From sequence record NC_019500.1: a stretch of DNA of 64,000 nt. One strand, 5' to 3'. Numbering within the stretch: position 1 is the stretch's first letter; each line of letters opens with the position of its first letter. The DNA is from Escherichia phage Bp7. Of the stretch, positions 38,292-51,104 are shown in pieces. The notes under the pieces are model-generated. The model was not told where the DNA came from. It saw nothing but the letters and a program-made list of their open reading frames with translations, and ran no database searches. The translations under genes were made by a program, and so were the position numbers.

Positions 38292-39107
38292 TTAAGAAAT
38301 TCGTGATGCTGCGATTGCAGACAGGTCCGCGAAGGACAGGGTAGGCTTAGCGCCTTTTTCTTCAACTGCTTCTGAAATGTAATTCAGTGCCGCAGCATCG
38401 TCTACATTTTTATTTATAGCGGCTTCGGTGATTGGGTTTTCAACGTCAGACTGACCTTTAACCATTTCAACAATAGCGCCAATTTTTTTACCGAATGCAT
38501 CGGAATAATCCATGCCTTCTACCAGAGAACTAACTTTTTCTTTTTGAGATTCAGTCAGGTCTTTAGTTGCTTCCGTAACAGCAACTTCACGCTGCACGTA
38601 ATTAATATACGCATCGCGCATACCAACTTCTTCGAACAGACGAGCGGTTTCATCTTTCTGCTCTTGGAGCTCTTCTTCCATTTCAGCAACAACATCTACT
38701 GCTTCTTCTGGAACAACCACATTGTGTTCAACAAACAGTTCTTTCATACCCATCAACATGGATTCGAACAGTTCGGCTTTAATACCTTTATCAACAGCCA
38801 GCTGGTTTTCAGCCATCCATTCTTTAGCAACGTGGTCAAGGAAACGACCGGCAGCTTCTTGGATTTTCTTATCGGCTTTTTCTTCAGCTTCTTCTTTATT
38901 TTTCTCGACTTCTTCTTCCGCTTTTTCAGCGATTTTAGCGATGTGAGATTCAGCCAGTTTCACGGCGTGTTGCTTGACGGTAGCTTCGAATACAGTGCCG
39001 AAAGTTTCTTTTGCTTCCGGAGAAATATTAACTGATTCGAAAATACTATCAAGAGCAACGGAAGCATCAATATTCTGTGCTTCGGCGATCAGTTGTTCTT
39101 TAAGCAT
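38292..39107 (-). CDS. 22: Prohead core scaffold protein gp22
   Basis: 271 aa, acidic coiled-coil; synteny. Confidence 0.85.
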   Translation of the reverse strand: MLKEQLIAEAQNIDASVALDSIFESVNISPEAKETFGTVFEATVKQHAVKLAESHIAKIAEKAEEEVEKNKEEAEEKADKKIQEAAGRFLDHVAKEWMAENQLAVDKGIKAELFESMLMGMKELFVEHNVVVPEEAVDVVAEMEEELQEQKDETARLFEEVGMRDAYINYVQREVAVTEATKDLTESQKEKVSSLVEGMDYSDAFGKKIGAIVEMVKGQSDVENPITEAAINKNVDDAAALNYISEAVEEKGAKPTLSFADLSAIAASRIS

Positions 39108-39134
39108 TTTGTAGTCCTGTTGTTTAGATAATAA

Positions 39135-39142
39135 TATTTATA
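39135..39142 (-). promoter_or_regulatory. Late promoter TATAAATA (minus) for gene 22
   Basis: Exact octamer. Confidence 0.5.
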
Positions 39143-39773
39143 ACGCTTTTTTCATGGCCTCTGCGAGAGCCATAAAGGCGTCATCGGCACTGGTATCGGT
39201 TTCTACCGTTTGTGATTCTGTAATTTGCTTTGGAGTTACATAAGCATCAGGAGCAGATGGTCCCCATACTGCATCAACACCGACGGTTAATTTATAACCT
39301 TCGTTTACACGCTTATATCCTTTGTTGGTTTCGGTTAAAGAACCAAGACCGCGAGAACTAACACCAGGAACCCAGCCAGCTCGGATATTTGCAGCTAGTT
39401 TATCACCCGGGCCATGGTCACCTTCGATGATACGTGCACGTCCATAAACATCATTACCTTTCCACCACATATCTTCAATAATGATAGCAGCTTGCATAGG
39501 GTCGACGTTAGCACGAGGTGGATGGTTTAATTCTCCTAAAGCTTGTTTAGTAGCAACTTGTTCTGCCATGTAATCGGCAACGGCTTTTTCCAAAATAGGT
39601 TTTGGGTAAAGGCGTTTATTACGGTTAACTACCTCTGCTTGCATGAAAATGCCTTCTATATAAAGGCCGGGAGCAAGACCAGAATTTTTTCCATCATGAG
39701 ATTCCAGCATTGGAACCCCATCGATAATTTCACCTGGTTGTCCCCAATGTTCGATGAGCAATTCAGGTTTCAT
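39138..39773 (-). CDS. 21: Prohead core protease gp21
   Basis: 211 aa; synteny and size. Confidence 0.85.
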   Translation of the reverse strand: MKPELLIEHWGQPGEIIDGVPMLESHDGKNSGLAPGLYIEGIFMQAEVVNRNKRLYPKPILEKAVADYMAEQVATKQALGELNHPPRANVDPMQAAIIIEDMWWKGNDVYGRARIIEGDHGPGDKLAANIRAGWVPGVSSRGLGSLTETNKGYKRVNEGYKLTVGVDAVWGPSAPDAYVTPKQITESQTVETDTSADDAFMALAEAMKKAL

Positions 39774-40201
39774 TAGTTAAGTCCAAAAGCTTTACGTTTA
39801 GAACGGGCTTTCTTACGCTTACGTTCGGCACGTACTTGAGTAGACGGATTAGCACGTTTGGTTTTAGATGCTTTACGAGCAATCTGACGGCGTTTTGCTT
39901 TAGATAAACCTGTCGTTTGGAACGCATTACGTTGACGGGTTTTAATATCTTTAGTACGAGTAAGCTCACCTTTAGAGGAAACGTGTTTAACGATAAATTC
40001 GTTAAGAGCCATTGATTCATTTAAAGAACCAAGAGCGATAGCACATTCGATATCGCCTTCAGCAATCATGTTCTCTACAAGATTATTTATATCGCTTTTC
40101 TCGAGCGCTTCAGAAAGAGCAGCAAAACGTCCCTGTGCTTCTGGAATTTTGGCCTCTACGCTTTCTAGAGTTAATTCGTAATCATCAGGGATAAGGAACA
40201 T
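39773..40201 (-). CDS. 68: Prohead core protein gp68
   Basis: 142 aa; synteny. Confidence 0.75.
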   Translation of the reverse strand: MFLIPDDYELTLESVEAKIPEAQGRFAALSEALEKSDINNLVENMIAEGDIECAIALGSLNESMALNEFIVKHVSSKGELTRTKDIKTRQRNAFQTTGLSKAKRRQIARKASKTKRANPSTQVRAERKRKKARSKRKAFGLN

Positions 40202-40446
40202 TATTCGTCGTCCTCGTCATCATCCGCATCGTCAGATTCTTTTTTGTCTTTCTTATCTGCTTTATCGGATTTTTCGTCGTCTTCGTCATCTTCGTCAGCT
40301 TCTTCGCCTTCAATCATAACGGAGCGAGCAATTTCTGCTTTACGGGCTTCAATCAAAGCGGTTACTCGAGATTCGATAAGCGGGGCTGCTGCTTTACGAA
40401 CTGCTACGAGGTCGTTTGATTTAATAGCTTCGATTAAATCTTCCAT
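40201..40446 (-). CDS. 67: Prohead core protein gp67
   Basis: 81 aa with poly-acidic C-terminus; synteny. Confidence 0.75.
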   Translation of the reverse strand: MEDLIEAIKSNDLVAVRKAAAPLIESRVTALIEARKAEIARSVMIEGEEADEDDEDDEKSDKADKKDKKESDDADDDEDDE

Positions 40447-42019
40447 TAGAAATCCTCTTCTTCTTCATCTGGGTTTTGGAAACGAGCCTCTTTAGACTCT
40501 TCTTCAATTTGCTTAGCTTCTTGATTAATTTCTTCGTCGGTCATTTGGAGGAAATCTTTCATAGCCGTTTGATGTGAAATGTACTTACCAATAAATGGTT
40601 CAGCCATCGTTAGCATATTGATTCTGCGTTCCATGATTTCAGCATCTTTCATTTCACTGAAATAGCTATCACGGTTAAACGTAACTTTAATATTATTTAT
40701 TTCCTTTTCCCACTCATCTTCTGTAATAATCTTTTTAAGAATGAGGTTTGTTTTTAACGGGTCTAGGAAAATTTCTTCAAATTTGTTTTGTAGTTGACGA
40801 ATCCATTTAGAGAATTTTAATTCGTCACGAGTGATTGCTGTACCGGCATCAAACATAACACCAGAATTAGACTCGCTAGGGATACGTGATTCAGGAACAC
40901 GCAACGCACGGTAAAGTGCTGTGCGGAAATAAAGAACGTCATCCATATCACTCATACCAGTAGCACCTGGCATTGTATCAACTTCTGTTACCGCTTTACC
41001 ATCACGACGTTGCAACCAATAGTCTTCAGTCATGGACATATTGTGTTGTTGGTTTTTAATTTTACCTGTCGAAGCATCATACACCACACGGTTTTTCATC
41101 GTGTTCATGATATGTTGCATTTGTGCTGCAGCCTTACGTGAAGGCATATTACCTGTATCGATATAAAACACACGACGGTCAGGAGCACGTGTAATACGGT
41201 AGATGACCATTGCGTCTTCCATCAATTTAAGCTGGTTTGCAGGCTTAATAGCACGTTGCAAATAGCCAATGATGTTTTTACCACAACAATCTAATAATCC
41301 AGAATGAGCATAAACCACTGCAGCACGAGGAATTTTAACTTTAGTCCCGGCTGAATAAATGCGTCCATCTGCGCAATAGCTTTCATGACCTGTGTCGTAA
41401 ACGAAAAACTCGCGATATCCGTCTACAACTTTAACGCCATCTTCCATACGTGTAACGATTTCACGAATATATTGGACTTGGCGTGGGTCTAAGCGACGAA
41501 GCTCTTGTACGCCATCTTTCATTTTTTTAGGGTTTATAATTTTATGAAAGAAAATTCTTGAGTCTACATACCAGCGTTGGAAATGGTCAGTGCCTTTACG
41601 TTGGAAATTTAAAAGGTTTAAAACTTCACTGAATTCGGCCAAGATTTTATCTTTAATTGCTTGACTAAATTCTGTCCCGTCTAAATTCAATGCAACTACT
41701 TCTTTATCATCTCATAGACAATAGCGTCAGACACAATTTCCTGTACGGCGTTGTCGACTTCATAGTTGTTCATTAAATTACGGTAGGTATCAATAAGTTC
41801 CCTGGTATTTTTAACTTCAGGCTCATTACTACCAAACATCTGTTGCATAAGAGCATTATAAGGAATATTTTGCTCTTGTGTCTCAATTTCGCGAGCGCCA
41901 TCATCAAGCTTAGGTGCGGTGACAGACTCTAAATTGTTATTAATTTGTTGTTTGAATTCTTTTTCGTCTTCATTAGCCCATGGCTTAAGAAAACTTAATA
42001 TTGTATTAAAGTTTGCCAT
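40446..42019 (-). CDS. 20: Portal vertex protein gp20 (apparent 1-nt frameshift near 41711)
   Basis: Two adjacent ORFs (41696..42019 and 40446..41690) together match T4 gp20 end to end; break falls between ...[10 protein letters not shown] and [11 protein letters not shown]. Confidence 0.85.
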
Positions 42020-42067
42020 TAGAGTCTCCGATGAATGGGATAAGGAGCCGAAGCTCCTTGATAATTC

Positions 42068-42075
42068 TATTTATA
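42068..42075 (-). promoter_or_regulatory. Late promoter TATAAATA (minus) for gene 20
   Basis: Exact octamer. Confidence 0.5.
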
Positions 42076-42076
42076 C

Positions 42077-42658
42077 TCATTCATTTTCATGTTTGTGATA
42101 ACGTGTTATAGCCGAACGAGTTGATTCAACACCACAGATAGGGCAAATCATCCTTGGCTGATTAATCTTTTTGCCTTTAGCCGGATGTTCTTTACCAAAC
42201 ATCGGATTACCTTCACCAGACATAGCTTTGGCTTGGTCTGGTCGCTTACGTCCTTTTAGAGCTTTAGAATGTTCAGGCCTCTTTTTACCTAACCTACAAT
42301 CTCTTTGTAGCTGTTTGGCATGTTCACTCATTGGAATCCCTTTACGAGACATTCCAAAGAACCCGTCAGGCTGAGCTAATGACATATTTATATAGTTTTT
42401 AGATTTAACTACATTATACTTTATTTGAAGCTCTTTCTCAGCTATACGAGCTTCTTTATCGGTTTCAAATAAAGATAAAATTCTGGTTTTGAAAAGGTGC
42501 GGATTTTCTTTACGTTCTAGATTCCAAATCTTTTTATATGCTTGGGATAATACAGAACCATTATATCCTTCTTTGAGAATCCTTTCAACGTATGTTGAGC
42601 CAATATAACGACGGGGTAGTTTAGACCCCGTGTATATGGTTAAGTAAGTACAATACAT
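42077..42658 (-). CDS. GIY-YIG homing endonuclease (Seg-like), free-standing between genes 19 and 20
   Basis: 193 aa; N-terminal TYLTIYTGS...RRYIGST GIY-YIG motif; Lys/Arg-rich DNA-binding C-terminus. Confidence 0.7.
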   Translation of the reverse strand: MYCTYLTIYTGSKLPRRYIGSTYVERILKEGYNGSVLSQAYKKIWNLERKENPHLFKTRILSLFETDKEARIAEKELQIKYNVVKSKNYINMSLAQPDGFFGMSRKGIPMSEHAKQLQRDCRLGKKRPEHSKALKGRKRPDQAKAMSGEGNPMFGKEHPAKGKKINQPRMICPICGVESTRSAITRYHKHENE

Positions 42659-42688
42659 TCTAAACTCCTTGACTTCATTGTTTGAATG

Positions 42689-42696
42689 TATTTATA
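42689..42696 (-). promoter_or_regulatory. Late promoter TATAAATA (minus) upstream of GIY-YIG ORF
   Basis: Exact octamer. Confidence 0.45.
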
Positions 42697-42725
42697 CTAT
42701 CATAATTTGCTATAAAAGTAAAAAC

Positions 42726-43217
42726 TTATTCCCACCAGTCAATAGCAAATGTGCTTTCAAATGTTTCTACCTCGTTATTCGAGTCCCAGTCCATCTGGAC
42801 TTCACCAACGTTAGTAGGCCATAAGCCGTAAATTGTAACTTCTTTGGTCACAGTCTTGCCGTCACGATGGAACTGGCGAACTACTGCTTGTTTCTTATAT
42901 TCTGCAGGTGCTGCACCGGTAATTTCATTGGTCATACCGTGACAGAGATTCTGCCAATCGACAATTGCTTGACGGGTGTCATGTGCATCATCGTTATAAA
43001 TGGTAATTGTCCAATCATCAAACGTACGGTCACCAGCTACGTTAATTTTACGGTTCATGTAGCCAACCGGTACTTTTTCTACAATGCCTGCCGGCATAGG
43101 GGCTGCTTTACATTTAAAGCTAAAGTTTTTACCGAGAAATGGAATTTCCACTTCGAAAAGGTTAGGGCGTGCAAAGTCACCTGACTCGAAGGCCCTAGTG
43201 ATATCGGTCAACTCCAT
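42726..43217 (-). CDS. 19: Tail tube protein gp19
   Basis: 163 aa (T4 163 aa); synteny. Confidence 0.85.
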   Translation of the reverse strand: MELTDITRAFESGDFARPNLFEVEIPFLGKNFSFKCKAAPMPAGIVEKVPVGYMNRKINVAGDRTFDDWTITIYNDDAHDTRQAIVDWQNLCHGMTNEITGAAPAEYKKQAVVRQFHRDGKTVTKEVTIYGLWPTNVGEVQMDWDSNNEVETFESTFAIDWWE

Positions 43218-43254
43218 TGGCGACCTCCATCTAAGTTAAATTCTTGATAAGTTT

Positions 43255-43926
43255 TCATGATAGTTTTCCATTTGGTTGTTTTGATTCAATCATATTTATA
43301 AGAGTTTTTAAGCTCATCCCACAGCCATCTGATTTGGAAAGATTTTCTTCCCACGGAATAATTTGCAAGTTACAAATATGGCCTATATGTTCTGCGGGTA
43401 TTTTATTATCATAACCAAATTTCTTAGATATTATATGGTCTAATTGATAAGCACCTTTGACTCCGCACTTGCCTATTTTAGTAAAATTCTTCATTTTACT
43501 TATTTCATTTCTATATTTATACTGATGACGCTTGACATCCATACAATATTTATGATATTTTTTCTTATCAATCCAGTGTTCTTTAGATTTGAGACCTTTA
43601 CCTGTTCTATTTTTGGAAATTTTAGGCCCTTTGGTTTTACGGATTTTTATGCCTTCATCAGAATTCCAATATTCTTTTCTTGTTTCTGAATAGACTTCCC
43701 AGCGATGTTCTTTACAGAACTTAGAATTTGTTTCATTAAGACGTCCTTTTGTTACAGTATAATAAGTGCCACATTTATCACATTTACATGTAACAGCAAT
43801 TTTTCCAGGACAATCTTCTAATTTTATTAAATGAGAGCTTCCACTTTTAACTTGATATCCGAGATTTTTAAAAGCAGAAACATTGCGATTCGTTATAGGT
43901 ATTTCAAATAGAGTATTAGTAATCAT
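43255..43926 (-). CDS. HNH homing endonuclease, free-standing between genes 18 and 19
   Basis: 223 aa; QLDHIISKKFGYDNKIPAEHIGHICNLQIIPWEENLSK HNH motif; Cys-rich N-terminus. Confidence 0.7.
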   Translation of the reverse strand: MITNTLFEIPITNRNVSAFKNLGYQVKSGSSHLIKLEDCPGKIAVTCKCDKCGTYYTVTKGRLNETNSKFCKEHRWEVYSETRKEYWNSDEGIKIRKTKGPKISKNRTGKGLKSKEHWIDKKKYHKYCMDVKRHQYKYRNEISKMKNFTKIGKCGVKGAYQLDHIISKKFGYDNKIPAEHIGHICNLQIIPWEENLSKSDGCGMSLKTLINMIESKQPNGKLS

Positions 43927-43931
43927 ACTTA

Positions 43932-43939
43932 TATTTATA
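43932..43939 (-). promoter_or_regulatory. Late promoter TATAAATA (minus) upstream of HNH ORF/gene 19
   Basis: Exact octamer. Confidence 0.45.
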
Positions 43940-43948
43940 TACCAGAAA

Positions 43949-43977
43949 GTCGCAGGATTGAGCCTGCGACGTTTTTA
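43949..43977. terminator. Hairpin GTCGCAGG...CCTGCGAC + T-tract downstream of gene 18
   Basis: 8-bp perfect stem. Confidence 0.4.
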
Positions 43978-44107
43978 GTTATACAGTTGATAAATCATAT
44001 TCCTAAAGAATAATCAACCCCAGGCGCAATTCTGCGTGATGTACGCTGTAACCAAACTCATGGTATAATGGTTTTAGGTTCTTTATATTACAGCCTGGGA
44101 TAATAGA

Positions 44108-46090
44108 TTATACTAAAGGTCCAATCAATTCATCAAAGTCAGCACCAGTGCTCGTCGCGACGAAATTCAATGTAATATAGTTAATACTGCGAGCAGGTTT
44201 AACATAGATATTAGCAATAAACTCGTTACGGTCGATAACCGCAGGGGTGTTCACTGTAGTATCACAAACCACACGTCCTTCATAAATCCCACCAAGTGCC
44301 TTAATACCATCTAAGTACTGAGAAACTTCCATACGGAAGCTTGAACGAGTGAAGTTGTCGTTCAATTCAAACAGTTTATATTTAGAGGCATCACCGATAT
44401 TTTTCTTAAGCATGTTGAACAGACGGCGAACGTTAATGTGGTCCATCGGAGATGGAACTTTGGTTGCAGTCTTATCACCAAACAATACGAAACCATCGCC
44501 ACCAGCAAAACCAACAACCGGGTTAATAGCTTCTTGGTACATGCGGTCACGTTGAGCTTGGCGCGGTTCAATTGCCAATTTCAGAACGTTAAGAATCTGG
44601 CCACGGTTATAACCTGCCGGAGACATCCAAGGCTGAGAAACATCATCAGTACGTGCACACAAACCAGCCATATCAGCGGCCAGAGGCACCCAACGGTTTA
44701 CGTCATTATATTTGTCATACTGATATTTATAGTTACCATCAATAGCAGCATAAGTGGTGCTAATGTTCATGTTGTTGGCATCGAAAGTACCTGCACCGGT
44801 ACGCCAGTCGATAAGATTATCTACTGCACGAGTCAATGGAACGTTAACCAACAGTCCTTTAGGAGGAGAAATAAATGCCAAGCAATCCTGACGTTCATCA
44901 GCAATACTAACAACGTGTTTCTGGACTGTAGAAGCAACTTCATCACCTTCACCAGCAACAGCACCAGCAATCAAAAGGTTAATATGGAGTGCTTCACGGT
45001 CGGCAAACAAATCCCAACCCTGCATCAAATCACCTGCAGTAACCTGGTCGTTAGCAGATACACCACCCATAAGATTGATGATACCACTAAAACCGGCCGG
45101 CCAGTTCAGAGAGGTAGCGAAGATATAGTTAGAAGTACCTTTAGCGAAATAGTCGTCAAGATAAATGTTATTACCGTAAACGTCTTTTTCACCTTCTTTG
45201 GTAGAAAGTACGACAGATTCTACGATAGCGCCGTCACGACGAACAATAATCGCGTATTGGTCATCTGTTTGTGGGCCGTAATTAAATACCGCCTTGGCAA
45301 TAGAAGCACGAGTACCGCCATTTGGATAAATATCCAACATTTTAGTAGAACCAGCGTCATAAGCCGCTTTAGAAACAATTTCAACTTCCAGAGTACTACC
45401 AATTTCACCAGGATAAAGGGCGACCACACCAGGCATACCAAACTGTTTAAGAGATGCTTGGAATTCCAGGGAAGTAATAACTTCTTCACTGTTCTCTGCT
45501 TCAGTCAACAGAATACCGGAATCGGTTACAATTTTACCGACAGTAATAGTACCAGAAACACCGGAAGAGGCAGAAGTAACTTCAGCAGTCCACGCAGGGC
45601 CTAGGTTCGGATACTGGTTAACAGAACGAGCATAAGAAATAATCTTGCCGGTAGGAATAAACACTGATAGAATTTTACCGTCTGTATCGACCGAAGTTAC
45701 ACGACCTTCAGATTCAACAACAGTCTGGTTATATTTGATATTAATTTTATCACCTACCGCATAGTTAGAACCTGCAGTAGTAATAGTGGTTTGGACGTTA
45801 CCTGCTACCGGAGACGCGTTTTTAGCGAATTCACGGTTAACAACACGAACAGTACGAAGGTCGTTACCATACTGGAGGAAGTTCATACCCGACATGAAGT
45901 AATCAGCAACTTCGTTATTAGGACCTCCAAATAAGTCGACCAGTTCAACTTCATTAGTAATCTGAGTTACCTGGAAAGCAGGGCCCCACTGGAATTTACC
46001 AACCAGCGCTGCACGACCCGTTGCGTTACGAACGACAGTACTCTGTACGGACGTTTCTTTGAGCTCAATGCCCGGTGATAATAAAGACAT
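44108..46090 (-). CDS. 18: Tail sheath protein gp18
   Basis: 660 aa; synteny and size. Confidence 0.9.
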   Translation of the reverse strand: MSLLSPGIELKETSVQSTVVRNATGRAALVGKFQWGPAFQVTQITNEVELVDLFGGPNNEVADYFMSGMNFLQYGNDLRTVRVVNREFAKNASPVAGNVQTTITTAGSNYAVGDKINIKYNQTVVESEGRVTSVDTDGKILSVFIPTGKIISYARSVNQYPNLGPAWTAEVTSASSGVSGTITVGKIVTDSGILLTEAENSEEVITSLEFQASLKQFGMPGVVALYPGEIGSTLEVEIVSKAAYDAGSTKMLDIYPNGGTRASIAKAVFNYGPQTDDQYAIIVRRDGAIVESVVLSTKEGEKDVYGNNIYLDDYFAKGTSNYIFATSLNWPAGFSGIINLMGGVSANDQVTAGDLMQGWDLFADREALHINLLIAGAVAGEGDEVASTVQKHVVSIADERQDCLAFISPPKGLLVNVPLTRAVDNLIDWRTGAGTFDANNMNISTTYAAIDGNYKYQYDKYNDVNRWVPLAADMAGLCARTDDVSQPWMSPAGYNRGQILNVLKLAIEPRQAQRDRMYQEAINPVVGFAGGDGFVLFGDKTATKVPSPMDHINVRRLFNMLKKNIGDASKYKLFELNDNFTRSSFRMEVSQYLDGIKALGGIYEGRVVCDTTVNTPAVIDRNEFIANIYVKPARSINYITLNFVATSTGADFDELIGPLV

Positions 46091-46119
46091 TTTGAATCCT
46101 CTTGGTTATGCTTTATTGT

Positions 46120-48429
<2,310 letters not shown>

Positions 48430-48433
<4 letters not shown>

Positions 48434-49248
48434 GGGTTTCTCCTTGGTGCTGGAGGCGCCGGCTCGACAGGCACTGGAATATCTTGTGAATATGTTTGAA
48501 CGGAACTTCCATCCCATTCTTTTTCTTCTACACCTCTAGGAACCACTTCGCTATCAACCGATTCGAAATTACCTTCAGGAGCGAGTTCCTTTGAGTTGGC
48601 AAAGAAATCAAGATAAATGGTTTTAATTTCGCCTTCCATTTCCTTCACAGGAGGATATAACCAACCATTAACCTCAAACATCATAGACCACTCTAAGCGA
48701 CGTCTAGAAGTGGTATCACCTTCTAATTGTTCATCCATTGCTATAGATTGGAACACAATACGGATATCACGGTCAAATTTAATTTCGTTTGTATAGAGTT
48801 CAGTGATAGTTGTATTGAAGTGAGGTTGGAAATAAGGCATAATCTGTTCTACAATTTGGAACATATCATCTTGGGTTCTAGTGTAAATACCCAGTTCGAA
48901 AATCATTTTAACCGGAGTAGGAGAATATTGGCTGACACGCTTACGTGGGTCGCCATTCTCAAATTGAATTTGTGTTCTGTTTTGAAGGGCTGTTTTATAT
49001 TGTGAGTTGTAAAGCATATCAACCATTTGGAGGTTCATACGCGGAAGAACTGTTTCCACTTTAGCTTTTTGTTCGGCCCGTTCTTTAGCTGTCATATTAG
49101 GATTTGGAATATTCTGTACTGCCGTCCATTTACCCAAATTTGCCATAAATCTTTCTTTAGAAGCATACGTAATAGGAACCTTAATAAATTTAAGTCCTGT
49201 ATCTTCTCTTTGGCGCGCTACTTGGACATGGGAAAATAAATCACCCAT
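48430..49248 (-). CDS. 15: Tail sheath stabilizer/completion protein gp15
   Basis: MGDLFSH...; synteny; N-terminal boundary uncertain (see findings). Confidence 0.8.
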
Positions 49249-49337
49249 CAAAACAATGTAGCGACGCAGCGATGAATTGTACCAGTGGCCAAAAATAAAT
49301 CACCTCTCAAAATGGCGCACCATGCGCCATGTATTAT

Positions 49338-50111
49338 TTAATCATCTAAAAAAGCATCATCAAATGCTGTAGGAGGAGCATCCTCTCCTCGTCCATTAAT
49401 TACAACATAAGGATGTACGAATTCCGCCGCTTCAGCATTAATCTCATTGACCTCTTCATATTGAATGTCGGAGATATCAGCCAATCCGTCGATATTCTTA
49501 ACAGGCATTAAATCAAGCTCACTAAACTCAGGGATATTAATACCTTCATTTCTCTGTAATTCAGGGCGAAGTTCTTCACCATTGTAAATGAACTTGGTAG
49601 CGGTGATGCGCCGCTGGACGTTAGCTCCTACTTGATAGAATGGGTCGTAAGGTTGTACCCAGTTAATTTCGAATAGGCTGTTGTCCATTGGGAAATAAAT
49701 CAAATCACCTGAAACAGGTTCAGTGCCATTGCATTGATGTTTAAAAAGGTTAGGGTTAATTGTGATTGTTACTTCGTCATTAACCATCATACCGAACTTA
49801 CTGAAATAAGTATTGTCACCGGAATAACCTTCAAAGGAATCCAAATAACCTGCAAATTTCCAGGCTTTAGTAAATTTGTTCTGAAGGTCTTCGCCAAATA
49901 GCTGGTCTGGATTAACGTATTCACGTGGTATATAATAAAGCTCAATACCACGCATTTGAATAGACTCAGCAACTAAAGCATCAGCCAATGTTTGGGTATT
50001 CTCATGCTTGTAGAAGTTGACGAACGGATTCATTATTTCAGTTTCGTTCGTGTTAGCATAGCCAGTATTATTTTCCAGCTTGGCAAATAAACTCGAATCG
50101 AAAGTAGCCAT
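49338..50111 (-). CDS. 14: Neck protein gp14
   Basis: 257 aa; synteny. Confidence 0.85.
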   Translation of the reverse strand: MATFDSSLFAKLENNTGYANTNETEIMNPFVNFYKHENTQTLADALVAESIQMRGIELYYIPREYVNPDQLFGEDLQNKFTKAWKFAGYLDSFEGYSGDNTYFSKFGMMVNDEVTITINPNLFKHQCNGTEPVSGDLIYFPMDNSLFEINWVQPYDPFYQVGANVQRRITATKFIYNGEELRPELQRNEGINIPEFSELDLMPVKNIDGLADISDIQYEEVNEINAEAAEFVHPYVVINGRGEDAPPTAFDDAFLDD

Positions 50112-50113
50112 AA

Positions 50114-51049
50114 TTATCCAATTAAAATAGGTGTTGGTGGGTCGAGTAAATCTAATTCTTCGCGAAGGCGTTCTTTTTCTAAACGAGCTTCTTCAATCAA
50201 TCGAATACCATCTACAGTGGTTCCACCCGCAAGTTGCATGCCTTGGTGTTTGGCCAAAATATTACCATTGACTTCTTTAACCAATGCCGTCGCATAATCT
50301 TTGACCCAACGGTTATTATATGAACCATCTTGCAAACCAAGGTCTTCACCTGCCCTCATACCTGAAATACGACGAGCCGGGTTATCCCAAATAGCTCCGG
50401 GGCTCCATTCATTTTCGTCGCACCCACCAGAGGCATATCCATATCCTGCGGTATTTCCTACCATAGAATCGACCCCATTAAAAGAGCGAGTATAAACTTC
50501 AATTACAATAAAATCGCCTTTAACAAAGTTACCCATTACCTTCAACTGTTCAGTGGCATCGTTATACCAATAATCAGGCAATGGAACCAAAAGGTCCTGC
50601 ATCATAGAACGATATTGCATTAATTGTGTAAAATACCCGAGGTCAGCACCAAAGGCATTAGGCCCAAAGCTGTTACAAGAAGTTCCAAGACCGCCATTAA
50701 TACCAGCTAGGCCTAATACAAAATCAGTAAACCATGGATAAGTCGCTTGGCCATCCATAGATGTTAAAGAACCTACATTAGTTCTTAAAATTTGTGTTAC
50801 TGCAAATATATTACGGCCTTTAAGGTCAAATACGCCGTTACGGAATTTTTCTTCGTCATCATGGCCTATATAAAAAGCCTGATAACCTTTGTTATAGCCG
50901 TTATAATGATACTCACCGTAGAGCTCCAGGGCGCGCTGGATGCAATCGTATACTTGGTCTGTAGTTACTTCAATATTCGTAATCGGTGCACCCAGGCGGC
51001 GCAGGATTGCGTCCTTGAGTTGCTTAGGGTTATATGATTCACTTGCCAT
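50114..51049 (-). CDS. 13: Neck protein gp13
   Basis: 311 aa; synteny. Confidence 0.85.
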   Translation of the reverse strand: MASESYNPKQLKDAILRRLGAPITNIEVTTDQVYDCIQRALELYGEYHYNGYNKGYQAFYIGHDDEEKFRNGVFDLKGRNIFAVTQILRTNVGSLTSMDGQATYPWFTDFVLGLAGINGGLGTSCNSFGPNAFGADLGYFTQLMQYRSMMQDLLVPLPDYWYNDATEQLKVMGNFVKGDFIVIEVYTRSFNGVDSMVGNTAGYGYASGGCDENEWSPGAIWDNPARRISGMRAGEDLGLQDGSYNNRWVKDYATALVKEVNGNILAKHQGMQLAGGTTVDGIRLIEEARLEKERLREELDLLDPPTPILIG

Positions 51050-51070
51050 GGTTTATTCCTCTAATAACCG

Positions 51071-51078
51071 TATTTATA
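51071..51078 (-). promoter_or_regulatory. Late promoter TATAAATA (minus) for gene 13
   Basis: Exact octamer between wac terminator and gene 13. Confidence 0.5.
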
Positions 51079-51080
51079 GC

Positions 51081-51104
51081 AAAAAAGGGCCGAAGCCCTT
51101 TTAT
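51081..51104 (-). terminator. Rho-independent terminator after wac (GGGCTTCGGCCC + T6 on minus strand)
   Basis: Hairpin flanked by A6 on plus strand. Confidence 0.65.

Noticed and set aside
41696-42019. Programmed ribosomal frameshifting as the explanation for the gene 20, uvsW and nrdB frame breaks
   Set aside because: No slippery heptamer or downstream structure at any of the three sites, and homologs are single-frame; indel error or mutation is far more likely, though it cannot be excluded without reads.
44058-44067. Plus-strand extended -10-like TGGTATAAT in the gene 18/HNH intergenic region
   Set aside because: No matching -35, no downstream plus-strand ORF; isolated motif in AT-rich DNA is expected by chance.
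44438-45604. 388-aa plus-strand ORF
   Set aside because: Antisense to tail sheath gene 18; low-complexity translation; spurious.
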